Shown: positions 13,040 to 25,089 of the stretch, piece after piece
Numbering within the stretch: the first letter of the stretch is position 1
Layout of the letters: each line of letters starts with the position of its first letter
Assembly (NCBI RefSeq): GCF_963921235.1
Contig: NC_086104.1
Location: 144,274,001-144,338,000, forward strand
Source of the DNA: Mobula hypostoma
Taxonomy: Eukaryota
Length of the DNA: 64,000 nt
Direction: 5' to 3'
Translations under genes and position numbers: made by a program
Notes under the pieces: generated by a model
What the model saw: only the letters and a program-made list of their open reading frames with translations
What the model was told of the DNA's origin: nothing
Database searches by the model: none

Positions 13040-13620
13040 TTTGCTGCCAATCCACGATGGATGAACGAATCGGCTCTCGCTGGGCGGTCCAAAGGTTGGT
13101 TGACTGAAGCTTGGCGCAGGCGTAGATGCGTCGGGTCCGGCAAGTTTGCGCAGGCGCAGCTGGGTGAGGCCCGGCGGGGTTGCGCATGCGTGGGCTGTGC
13201 GGCGGAGTGGAGCCGGTGTGTCATGGAGGCCTACGATGTCATCGCCAACCAGCCCGTGGTCATCGACAACGTGAGTAGCCCAGCCTGGCTCTCTCTGCCC
13301 AGCGCGCCCTGCTGTCCGCTGCCCCTTAAAGGGGTAGTCTTGACCACTCCGGAATTAGTTTGGCCGATCTTTAGTCAAGCTCGTTGCAGCCGTTAAATCC
13401 CCGTCCATAGCACCTGAACCTCCTTCCCCTCCTCACCCTTTCGCCGATGTGTCCCAGCCCCGAGAGCCGGGCGTGATGCCCAGCCCAGGAGGGAGAGCCG
13501 TCTCTCCATCTGACGCTCCACTGAGGTCCTGCCAACCTGTCAGGTGGGCGGCAAATGTCCTCGGGGCGCTGCTTCGTGCAGGAGTGATTCTCTGCAGTTG
13601 TCCCCATCCCTAGTGCCAAC
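13040..13620 (+). promoter_or_regulatory. ACTR1B CpG-island promoter with NRF1 motifs
   Basis: High GC/CpG against a depleted background; CCAAT 13047; GCGCAGGCG 13114, TGCGCAGGCGCA 13147-13158, TGCGCATGCG 13181-13190. Confidence 0.75.
13223..13270 (+). CDS. ACTR1B: ACTR1B beta-centractin exon 1 (MEAYDVIANQPVVIDN)
   Basis: gtcATGG start, 48 nt, GTGAGT donor; Arp1 N-terminus. Confidence 0.95.
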
Positions 13621-14019
13621 ATCACTATTGAAAGTGGACTCAACTTGACAGCTGCGTGTCCGATATTCGTACAGGACCTGCAACCCTTTAGTTTTCAAGC
13701 TTTTGAGTTCTGAACGGGATGTATAAACCCTATAGAAATTAAACGTCACGCTAATCTTGCCTCTAAAAGTCTGGGACTGTCATCACAGATTTTTGGTTTG
13801 GTTAAGAATCTTGGCATTAGAGAAGTTGTGCATGGTTGGCAGCTCACACTAGCTGGGTGGAAATAAATATTGACGTTCTATTGTAACTGGAAGAAGTTAG
13901 AACAATTTTTAAATCTGAGCAGGAATGGTAAAGCAGTTGAGGAAGTGAAGCAATGCAGTGGAGAATAGAGAAGATGTTAAAATGGATGATATGTGGATTA
14001 AGTGATGGCGGGATGGAGT

Positions 14020-14250
14020 GAAGCCATGGGAGCAGCTGGTGCACATCACAAGTCCTGGTTATGTGACCGCTGACGCCAGGCAGACAATCTCGGAAGAGTA
14101 TTGATGATAACGACAGGGGTCACCTGTCTTGCAAAGAGACTGTCGGGAAGAAGGCAGTGGCAAACCACTTCTGTAGAATTGCCAAGGACAATTGTGGTCA
14201 TTGATCATGATTGCCCATGTCATACGATACAGCACATAAATGATGATGGA
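14020..14250 (+). mobile_element. RTE-related SINE-like repeat; longer inverted copy at ~15050-15415
   Basis: AAGGCAGTGGCAAACCACTT motif and RTE-type 3' tail; ORFs 14059..14292(-) and 15032..15232(+) give similar pseudo-peptides. Confidence 0.65.
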
Positions 14251-16141
14251 TTGAAGGAATGGTGTTAGGGCGAAGGAAGGTAATAACTCCAAACACTGCC
14301 ATTGGTTAGCAAAACAAATATCTGCTGGAGGAACTCAGTGGGCTGAGCAGCATCTGTGGTGGGGGGGGGATGTGGAAGGGATTGTTAGTGTGGTTATGGT
14401 GACGTTGCGGTTTGCACGAAACTTTACAGTGACAGAGATTGCCTGTCGCGGTTCGTGTACCACTGTCACCTGTGGGGTGTGTGTACGTTCTCTCCGTGAC
14501 TGCGTGGGTTTCCTCCAGGTGCTCCGGTTTCCTCCCACAGTCCAACAACGTATGGTTAGGGTTTAGAGATTTATAGGCATGCCATGTTGGCACCAGAAGT
14601 GTGGCAACACTTGTTGGATGCCCCCAGCACAATCCTCTATTGACGCATTTCACTATGATTTGAGGTACTGTACATGTGACATATAAAGCTAATCTCTAAA
14701 CCCTATGTCAGCATTAAGTAGAGAAGGCTAGTGTAAAGATGAAGGATGTCAATCTGGATGAAAATGTAGCTGAGTGATGATATGAAGGTTGGTGTGGGCA
14801 GTGTAGAAAACTGGTAAAGGATACAGCGGGGTTTACTGTAGATCAATTGCAGATACAGGTTGAGATGTGCACTCAGAGTTTAACTGAGCTGGGTGGGTGT
14901 GTGTGTATGGTGTACTTTAAGAGGCTTGTTATTAATAGTTTTTAGAGTCAGTTTACATTTGATCTCCTGTGTTAATGTGTAGCAGGATCTTGGACTCAAT
15001 TCCATAGCTCCCTGAAAGTGGCTAAAAAAGGTTGATTGGTGGGTCTATCTGTTATGTGCTGTCATGTGTTGTGGGCGATCATGGTCTTTCCGTGACCATG
15101 ATTGTTCTTGGCAAATTTTTCAATGGAAGTGGTTTGCCATTGCCTTCTGGGCAGTGTCTTTACAAGATGGGTGCCCCCAACCACTATCAGTACTCTTCAG
15201 AGATTGTTTGCCTGGCGTCACTGGTTGCATAACCATGACTTGTGATTTTACGACCATCCACCGCTGGCTCCCTGGCTTCACATGACCCTGATCGGGGGGT
15301 GGGGGGGGGGCTAAGCAGGTTAAGCAGGTGCTACACCTTGCCCAAGGGTGACTTGCAGGCTAGTGGAGGAAAGGACTGTCTTGAATCTTCTTTGGTAGAG
15401 ACATATCTCCACCCCAATAGGGTGATAAAAAAGGCATATGGCATACTTACTTTGATTAGTAGGCAAATAATTTTGCAGCTTTATAAAACTCCTTGGGCCA
15501 CATCTGGAATTTTACATTAATTTGTTGTAGGAACGATGTCAAGTCTTTGGAGAGGGTGCTGCCTGAATTATCAGGCATCTGCTGTAGGGAGAGTTTGGGA
15601 AAAACTAGGCTTATTTTCTCTGGGGTGACTGAGGCTGAGAGGAGATAAGATAGAAGTCTGTAGGATTATGAGAGGCATAGAGCAGTATATTCCAAAGATC
15701 AAAATGTCTAATACCGGAGGACATGCATTTAAGATGAGAGGTGATAAGTTCAAAGGAAATGTCCCTGGCAAGTTTTTTTTTATTACATAGAGTAGTGGGT
15801 TCATGGTAAGTGCTGCCTGGAATGGCTGTAGAGGCAAACATAATAGAGATATTCAAAAAGCCCTTAAGCACATGAATGTGCCGGATATTGTAAGGATATT
15901 GCTTTGTGTAGGATATTGGTTCAGTTGGGCATTTGATTGCAGATTAATCAGTTCAGCACAGCGTTATGGGCCAAAAGCCTGTTGCGGCACTGTACTGTTC
16001 TATTATCTCACCCAAAAATTGGCAATTCATTTCCTCAACAGATGCTGCTCGACACTTGAGTTCCTCCAGCATCTGCATTCGAATCTTTCACAAAGTCAAC
16101 AGGTTTCTCCTTTATCAATGTGGTTCTGGTGCTCAGCAATA

Positions 16142-16653
16142 CACGCTCAGTGACCGGTTTATTAGGTACAGAATCAGAACACGGGTGGTCTTCTGTACCC
16201 ATTCACTTCAAGGTTCAATGTGTGGTACATTCAGAGATGCTCTTCTGCACACCGCTGTTGAAAAGCGTGGCTATTTGAGTTACTGTTGCCTTCCTGTCAG
16301 CTTGAAGCAGCCTGGCCGTTTCCTTCTGATCTCTCTCAGGGTGTTTTTGCACACAGAGTTGCCGTACCATTCTCTGTAAATTCTAAAACCTGTTGTACAT
16401 GAAAATTCTAGGAGATCAGCAGTTTCTGAGATACTCAGATCACTCCGTCAGGCACCAACAATCATTTCGTGGTGAAAGTTACTTTGATCACATTTCTGAT
16501 GTTTGATCTGAACAGTAACTGAACCTTTTGACCAAGTTTGCATTCTTTTATGCAATGAGTTGCTGCCACATGATTGGCTGTTTATATATTTGCATTAACA
16601 AACAGCAATAATACAATATTAGGTATTGTACCTACTGAAGTGGCCACTGAATA
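16142..16653 (-). mobile_element. Tc1/mariner internal-deletion derivative (second family)
   Basis: Imperfect TIRs CTCAGTGACCGGTTTATTAGGTACA / TGTACCTACTGAAGTGGCCACTGA, TA flanks, minus-strand HTH remnant LSISETADLLEFSCTT...RIYREW. Confidence 0.75.
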
Positions 16654-16967
16654 TATGTAGCAAACAGATACCCCAAATCACTATAAGCTTGAAATATCAT
16701 CAGGAGTCACAAGAAATCACTTAAATATGGACATCCAGCAGATTGTGCAGAGAAATGAAACAAGTGAAAGAATCACCTTCAAGGTTCTTGAGCGGTGGAG
16801 CAGGTTCAAGGGGATAATGTACTTGGCATAATCATTCTCCTCTTGTTTTCTCTAAGTCTAAAACAAGATCATAAGGCATCAATAAAACTGGGTACATAAA
16901 GACTTCACTAATACGATGTTAGTTGTTTTAAAAATGGAGAAAATTGGCAGAATCTCATCTCTCACAT

Positions 16968-17155
16968 AGATTGATAAGGGGAGGGATATTTGTTACTGCA
17001 AACAGTTTGGTGAGGGGAGGGATGTTATTAGTGTAAATAGATTGGTGAGGGGAGGGATGGTTGTTATTAGTGAAAACAGATTGGTGAGGGGAGGGATGGT
17101 TATTATTAGTGAAAACAGATTGGTGAGGGGAGGGATGGTTGTTAGTAGTGTAAAG
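16968..17155 (+). repeat. Minisatellite, 5 copies of a 35-39 bp unit (AGATTGGTGAGGGGAGGGATGGTTGTTATTAGTGAAAAC)
   Basis: Directly visible tandem units. Confidence 0.9.
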
Positions 17156-19337
17156 AGCAGAAAGGGAGACACATCCTGAAATTTCATCAGGAAAAATTTT
17201 TTGACCAAAATACTTCCAGTCAAACTTTGAGCTAGATTTAGCTCATGACAGTGTTAAACTACTTGGATTTGATTTTCATTTGGTGAACATCTGGGTAACA
17301 GTGATCACAACAGACCAGATTTTCAGTTTGAAAGTCAATTGTGAGCTGATGTTCAGCTTTCACTCTTCCACTAAAGATTGCCATTGTACGTTGCACTGCA
17401 TCACTTGAACTCTGAGGGTGAACAATTTATTTACCCTAATACAGGGTCACTAAGTGTATATTGAAATGTCTTTCTACTTGTGAACCTCCATCTCATGATA
17501 ATAATGATTGTTCCTATGTAACAAAAGTACAGGATGCACTATGTTCATCGGATTGTTCTTCCCACTGTTCCCTTAGCCTGACAAAATTTCTGGATGGGGA
17601 TAGCTCTAATCTGAAGACACAATTAATTTTTTTGATTGGAAAGTATCACAAAAATAATGCCAACATCACAGACTACATTCTGTTGTACAGTGCCTTGTCC
17701 TGCAGAGGGACTAGTTGGATGTGGAATGAAGGGGGAAGAGAGGAAACAGATGGATCTTGATTTCTGCAGAGAGGGGGAACACTTCAACTTTCATCCCACC
17801 AGAAATATTATCTGAAATGTTATTTTCCACCTCTAGATACTGTGTGACCTGCTGAATATCTCAGATATTTTCTTTTGCTTCACATTTCTATAATCAACAG
17901 GTTTTGCACCATGTTAATTCCTGATCAGCTGAGATCTAAAATCTTTAATAATCTCCTCTCAAATGTATTACAACATTTAAATTGACGAATATTTTAATTT
18001 GTTATTTTTCTGACAAAATACAACAAAATCCTCCAGCTTGTTGCTTACGCCCAGATCCATTAAGTTCTCTTTAGAATGATTCGTCAAGCCACTTAGTTGA
18101 TTCGGGTGATGTCAAGAATTTAACTTTCATGGTGGTGTGTTAATTAAGTTGTCCAGCAAGTTGCCAGCGTCCTGATCCAAAGATGAGTTTGAATCCCACC
18201 ACAGCAGCTGTGGAATTTAAATTCAAGTAATAATAATTAAAGCTGGATTCCAAAATTAGTTTCAGAAACACTCGCTAAAACTTCTGATTGTTGTACAAAT
18301 CAATCCGGTCCACGTGTACTTTGGAGTGAAAATTGGCATCCTTACCCAGTCTGGTTGATATGTAACTCATAACTGCCTTCTTAATTGAGGGACAATTAGA
18401 AATGGGAAATAAATGCCTGCACAGCTCACACCCCTAGAATGAAGAAATGAAAACTTGAAAGCTGTCCTGCGGTAGGAGACTGTGAGAGTATTGGCTGAAG
18501 GTGCATTTGGTTTAGTGACAATTAATTGATTTTAACATTTCCACCTCCCCCCCCCCCCGACATTAGAGGGAAAATTTGTTGGCACTTCCTCATGGCTTTT
18601 GATAAATAGCACAGTGTGAACTATAGCCTTGCAAGACTTTGTATCTTTGGGGCAGGGAAAAAATGAATTGGCACAAATAAAGACATACTGTTATGTTTTT
18701 TCATGCCTCTGGTATTTGATTTTATAATGTAGAATATGCAATAATTATTTGCTTTTGCACACAACATTGCTCACGACCAATATGACGGTGACATTTTTTG
18801 TGATATTGAAGGATGATTGTTGGACAACTTACCTGTAGCTCCTAGAAACGGTGTTATCCACTGGAAGGGCTCAGAATCTGTTGTTTTTTTTTGTCACTGT
18901 CATATGTCAGGAAATTTGTTGTTTTGCACCAGCAGTACAGTGCAATACATAAGTTAATATGGGTTACAATGATTCAGCCCAGTACATCACACGTAAAGCC
19001 CTTCCAACCATTGAGCACATCTACATGAAATGCTGTCACAAGAAAGCAGCATCCATCATCAGAGTTCACCACCACCCAGGCCATGCACTTCTCTTACTGC
19101 TGCTGGCAGGTGGAAGGTACCAGAACCTCAGGATTTGAACAACCAGGTTCAAGAACAGTTACTCCTCTACAACCATCAGGCTCTTGAACGAAGGGAAAAA
19201 CTACACTCACTTGCCCAGCCATGTTCCTGCAACAAATGATCTCACTTTCAGGACTCTTTATCTCATATTCTTGTAATTTATTTAATTTGCATTCACACAG
19301 TGTATCGTCTTCTGCACTCTAGTTTATCTTTCATTGA

Positions 19338-20947
19338 CAAACAAAAGGAAATCTGCAGATGCTGGAAATCCAAGCAACACACACAAAACAAAATGCTGGA
19401 GGAACTCAGCAAGCCAAGTAGCATCTATGGAAAAGAGTACAGTCAACATTTTGGGCGGAGACATTTCAGCAGGATTGGAGAGAAAAGATAAGGAATTGAG
19501 TTAAAAGGTAGGGGGAGGAGAGGGAGAAGCACAAGGTGATAGGTGAAACCGGAGGGGGAGGGTGAAGTAAAAAGGTCGGAAGTTGATTGGTGAAAGAGAT
19601 AAAGGGCTGGAGAAGGGGGAATTTAATAGGCGAGGACAGAAGCCCTGGGCACTGGCATGGGTCCCAGCTATCCCTTGCTTTTAGTCAGCTACATGTTCCA
19701 AGCCGACACTGGTGGCCGTCCCCCACTTTTCTTATGCTACATCGATGACTGAATCAGTGCTGCTTCCTGCACCCATGTAGAACTCATCGACTTCATCCAC
19801 TTTGACTCTAGTTCCCACCCTGGCCTCAAATTCACCTCCCTCCCCTTTCTCGATCTCTCTGTCTCTATCTCTGAAGACAGCTTATCTACTGATGTCTATT
19901 CTAAACACATGGACTCTCATAGCTACCTGGACTATATGTCTTCCCACCCAGTTTCTTGTAAAAACGCCATCCTCTTCTCTATCAGCTCTCGGGATGAGGC
20001 TTTTCATTCCAGAATGAAGGAGATATCCTCCTCCGTCAAAGAAAGGGGCTTCCCTTCCTCCTATCAATGCTGCCCTCATCTGCATCTCTTCCATCTCATG
20101 TACATCTGCCCTCACCCCATCCTCCTCACACCCTCCCAGGGATAGGGTTCCTCATGTCCTCATCTACCAACACACCAGTCTCCATGTCCGGCATATAATT
20201 CTCAGGAACTTCCACCATCTCCAATGGGATCCGGCCACGAAGCACATCTTCCCCTCTCCCCCTCCCCCACTTTCTGCTTTCAGTAGGGATCACTCCCTAT
20301 GTGATTCTCTCCCCACTGATCTCCCTCCTGGCACTTATCCTTGCAAGTAGAACCTGCCCCTACACCTCCTCCCTCACTACCATTCAGGGCCCCAAACAGT
20401 CCTTCCAGTTGAGGCAACACTTCACCTGTGAGCCTGTTGGGGTCATGTGTCTGGTTGTCCCAGTGTGGCCTCCTGTATATCGGTGAGACCCAATGTAGAT
20501 TGGGAGACTGCTTCACCGAGCACCTGTGTTCTACTCTCGCAATAAGGCCACACTCAGGTTGGTCACCACCAGCCTGATGGCATGAACATTGATTTCTCGA
20601 ACTTCCAGTAATGACCCCCCCCCATCCCCTTTTCCCTCTCTCACCTTCCCATTGCCTCCTCTGGTGCTCCCCTCCCCTTTTCTTTCTTCCATGGCCTTTG
20701 GTCCTCTTCCCCCTTCTCCAGCCCTGTATGTCTTTCAGCAATCAACTTCCCAGTTTTTTATTTCACCCCTCCCCTTCCCTGTTCAACCAACACCTCATGT
20801 TTCTCCCTCCCTCCCCCGAACTTTTAACTCTATTCTTCAGCTCTTTTGCTCCAGGCCTGAAGAAGGGTTTTGGCCTGAAACATCGAATATTCTCTCTTCC
20901 CTAGATGCTGCCTAGCCTGCTGAGTTCCTCCAACATTTTGTGTGGGT
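19338..20947 (+). mobile_element. Decayed Penelope-like element with inverted 5' terminal repeat (19338-~19645), RT and GIY-YIG remnants
   Basis: GTGMGPSY and YIDD-like RT remnants near 19646-19750; LYIGET near 20473; 11-bp TSD TCTTTCATTGA at 19327-19337 and 20948-20958; interrupts a Rex-type tail. Confidence 0.85.
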
Positions 20948-21529
20948 TCTTTCATTGAACCTGTTATAGTTACTATTCTATGGATTTGCTGAGTATGCTA
21001 GCAGGAAAATTAACCTCTGGGCTGTATATGGTGACATATATGTTCTTTGATAATCAAATTTATTTTGAACTTTGAAGAAATATTGAATAAATTGCAAATT
21101 GCTGAGGTGGTTTTCATGAATAGTTCAGAAATCTGATGACAGAGGGGAAGAAGCTGATCCTAAAACATTGTGTGGGTGTCTTCAGGCTTCTGTACCAACT
21201 CCCTGATGGTAGTAATGGAAAGAGGACATGTCCTGTATGGTGGGAGTTCTTAATGATGTTGGGTATGCTTTGGTTTAACATCCCATCTGAAAGTGAAGTG
21301 AGTGCCCAAATTTTTGTTTTTGGTTTCTGCAGTGGGATTTAAACTCAAGTACATCTGCTTCCTAAGCGTAATGGCTGCCCGTTGACCCACAGATGAGATG
21401 CTCTCAGAATCTGAAGATTCTATTCACTTGGACTTAAAGTGGCAAAGAAGATGTAGCTAGTATTTCAGACTTCATAAATAATAGCACAGAATGAAAACAA
21501 GATAAATAAGATCCCTACAGTTATATAGG

Positions 21530-22082
21530 TTCCTTTCAGCTATATAGATCTCTGGTCAGACCCCACTTGGAGTACTGTGCACAGTTCTGGTCACCTCACT
21601 ACAGGAAGGATGTGGAAGCTGTAGAAAGGGTGCAGAGGAGGTTTGCAAGGATGTTACCTGGATTGGGGAGCATGCCTTATGAGAATAGGTTGAGTGAACT
21701 TGACCATTTCTCCTTGGAGCAATGGAGGATGAGAGGTGTATAAGATAATGAGAGGCATTGATCATGTGGATAGTCAGAGGCTTTTTCCCAGGGCTGAATG
21801 GCTAACATGAGAGGGCACGGTATTAAGGTGCTTAGAAGTAGGTACAGAGGAGATGCTGGGTAAGTTTTTTATGCAGAGAGTGGTGAGTGTGTGGAATGGG
21901 CTGCCGGCGATGGTGGTGGAGGCAGATACGATAGGGTCTTTTAAGAGACTCCTGGATAGGCACATGGAGCTTAGAAATATAGAGGGCTATGGGTAACTCT
22001 AGGTGATTTCTAAAGTAATGTTCAACGCAGCATTGTGGGCTGAAGGGCCTGTATTGTGCTGTAGTTTTACTATGTTTCTATA
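21530..22082 (+). mobile_element. CR1 LINE 3' fragment, same subfamily as 57011-60948
   Basis: Close match to 60390-60948. Confidence 0.85.
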
Positions 22083-23379
22083 TCGAAAAGTTTGAAGAAG
22101 CCTGTGGTTGAGTCAAAAGCAAGGATTTTTTGACTGCTTTATATAAAGGATATTGACACTATCCAGAGTGTGCAATAAAAAGGGTGTTAGTCCAATTCTT
22201 AGAACCCTTTATCTACTGTTTGATGAAACCTGTTTGGTGCAAGTTTCGAATCACTTTTTGGTTTTGCAGATTAGTTTCCTGGCTCTTTAGGTTAAACAGG
22301 ACCAGGAACTATTGGATAACAAATAGGCTTATTTCATGTGTTGTGTAGTACATGTCACCCCACTCTCAGGTTACACCAGGGATCTGTTTCTATGATCTGT
22401 TGTAACCTGAGCAGTTTGCACGTCAGAATGCAGCCACCCAGCAATTAGGGGCAACACAATAAGCATAGTGATTAGTGTAACACTATTACTACGCCAATTC
22501 CCTCCTTCTGTGAAGAGTTTGCATGTTCTCCCCGTGTGTATGTGGGTTTCCGCTGGTTGCCCCAGTTTCCTTCTACATCCAAGAATGTTTGGTTAGTAGG
22601 TTAATTGGTCACATGGGTGTAGTAAATTGGTATGGGACCAATTGAACCACAAGAGCCTGTTACTCTGCTGTACGTCTAAATAATAAAAAAAAGTTTAATG
22701 GAACCAAATAACCAAGGGAAAGTGTAATTAAATCTGCTGTTTACCTCAGCCATTTGGATGTCTTTGCAGTATGCAATGAGATTGCCACAAGTTGAATTCT
22801 CTCACAGCAGAAGATGCCTGCATCTCCAGAGCAGTCAACAAATCCATCCATCACTCTCCCAAATGTCTGTTTGTATGTATGTAACTTTGTACATTTGTAA
22901 CTTGGGGCGATCCTGTCCGTTCACAAAATAATTGTATACTGGATGATAGCAGAGCCTATTAAGTAAATTATTTAAACAGGAAAGAAAGGTCACAAGTACT
23001 GACCGAACATAGAGTGAAATGCATTGTTTTCGTCAATGACCGACACAGTCTAAGGACTGTACTGGGGGCAGCCACTCTTCCAGTGGCAACATAGCCTGCA
23101 GCCTGCTCACTAGCCCTAACTATGCGTCTTTTTGGAATGTGGGAGGAAACTCGTACTGTTAAGACCATGAGATATAGGAGTAGAGTTAAGCCTTTTGGCC
23201 TATTGACGTAACTTACAAACAGTAGTGGGAATTGAAACCTGATCGTGATCTCTGGCACTGCAAAGCGATGAGCTAGGGCAGGCTTTTTGGGCACAAAACT
23301 GTAGGGGTCCACGTTCAGTTCCTTGTCTGTGTTGAGCTTCTTAGCCTTGGCTAGCATAAATCAAAGTTTGAAGTAAATT

Positions 23380-24080
23380 TATGGTACATAATTGTTACCA
23401 TATACAACCCTGAGATTCATTTTCTTGTGGTATACTCAATAAATCTATAGAATAATAACCATAACAGAATCAATGAAAGAATCCCCAACTTGGGCGTTCA
23501 ACCCCAGAGTGCGGAAGATAACAAACTGTGTAGCTACAAAAGAAAGAAAGAATAATAATATTAAATAAATAAGCAATAAATTTTGAGAACATGAGAATCC
23601 TTGAAAGTGAGTCCATTGGTTGTGGTTCAGTGGAGGGGCAAGTGAAGTTATCCCTTTTGATTCAAGAGCCTAATGGTTGAGGGGCAGTCACTTTTCTTGA
23701 ACCTGGTGCTGAGAGTCCTGACGTTCCTGTACCTTCTTTCTGATGGCAGCAGTGAGAAGAGAGCATGTCCTGGGTTATGTGGGTCCCTGATGATGGATGC
23801 TGTGTTTCTGGGACAGCGTTTTATGTAGATGTGCTCAATGTTTGGGAGGGCTTTACCTATGATGGACTGGGCCATATCCACTACTTTCATTGGATTTTCC
23901 ATTGAAAGGCATTGGTGTTTCCATACCAGACTGTGATGCAGCTAGTCAGTGCACTCCCCATTACACTCTAGAAGTTTGTTAAAGTTTTAGATGCCATGCC
24001 AAGTCTCTGCAAACTCCTAAGGATGTTGAAGCGCTGCCGTGTTTTTTTCTTAATTGCACATACATACTGGGCCCAGGACA
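23380..24080 (-). mobile_element. Rex1/Babar-type LINE 3' fragment; related copies at ~1-270, 2815-3260(-), 4714-5570, 7400-7625, 10540-11080(-), 12322-12918, 18970-19337, 43125-43250(-), 46570-47075(-)
   Basis: C-terminal motif AQSIIGKALP...IIRDPHNPGHALFSLLPS.RRYR...IRLLN; tail ending in (TTTGAAC)n. Confidence 0.75.
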
Positions 24081-24797
24081 GGCAGGTACCACATACTATT
24101 GAAGCGAAAGGTTAAAGACCTCCATGATGATGTTTCACCATTACCTGCGACAAATAAAGCTAAAGTCATAAAGAAGCTAGTTTTTACTTACTCAAAGATT
24201 GGTATTTGTTGCTCCGGAACTGAAAAGATCTAGCAGGCCTTTTTCAGTGGGTCTGGAGTCACATATAAGCTAGCAGGTTATAGAAGTGAATAAGGAGAAA
24301 TCAGCAACCTTTTCTGTTTCTAATCATTGTATGCTAGCTGGTCTAGAAAGTACCTTGAAGGGTATGACAAAAACCATATTGGAATGGTTCTGTTCTGCCT
24401 GAGGTTCAACAGTCTGCTGACACTTACTGTCTGGTCTTGCCAGTGATGAAGGGCCATTTGGTTCTGTCACTGGTGGATGGATGCCAGTGTAAAATGTTGG
24501 TAAACTGAAAGGTTCCTGGGAAGGGGATGTGGGAAATACTTTTTGATCCTGTTGCATGGAAAGGTGTTGAAAACAATCACAAGGGAATTGGATAGGCAGT
24601 TAAGGAAATTAATTGCAGGATTGGAAGGGATCCTGCAGGAGAGTGACCTGGTTGAATTTCTCTCCTGGGAGCCGGTACAAACTAGATGGGCTGAATAAGT
24701 ATTCTGCCATAATAATGCTCTGGTTCATTGATACATTATGCATTGTTAGCATTTACTGATGTGTGACATGCTTTTGTTCTGTTCTTTATCTCTCTAG

Positions 24798-24862
24798 GGC
24801 TCTGGTGTTGTCAAAGCTGGATTTGCTGGTGATCAGATACCCAAATACTGTTTCCCCAATTA
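24798..24862 (+). CDS. ACTR1B: ACTR1B exon 2 (GSGVVKAGFAGDQIPKYCFPN)
   Basis: ctctag acceptor, GTAAGT donor, 65 nt, actin-fold phosphate-1 loop. Confidence 0.95.
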
Positions 24863-25089
24863 GTAAGTATTTGTGTGCAGATGGGTCACTGGAAATAGTG
24901 GCTGAACAGAGATAATTTCTGTCAAGATGTGAGTTAGGACAAAAGGTGCTGGTTTTTGCATGATCTCAGGTAGAATGAGTGCATTGGAATAGTCATGTCT
25001 GGAGCAACTAGTGACTTGTTGAGAACTTCAATAAATCCACTAAATCATTTGCTGTCATCAGATGAGCTGAGGTCAATAAATGATTATGT

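Noticed and set aside
13031-13396. 121-aa ORF suggesting a 64-aa N-terminal extension of ACTR1B
   Set aside because: The upstream ATGs lie 5' of the NRF1 motifs, probably before the transcription start. The conserved start is 13223 and the ORF tail is intron read-through.
16968-17155. CRISPR-like array
   Set aside because: Tandem units without unique spacers, no cas genes, eukaryotic intron.
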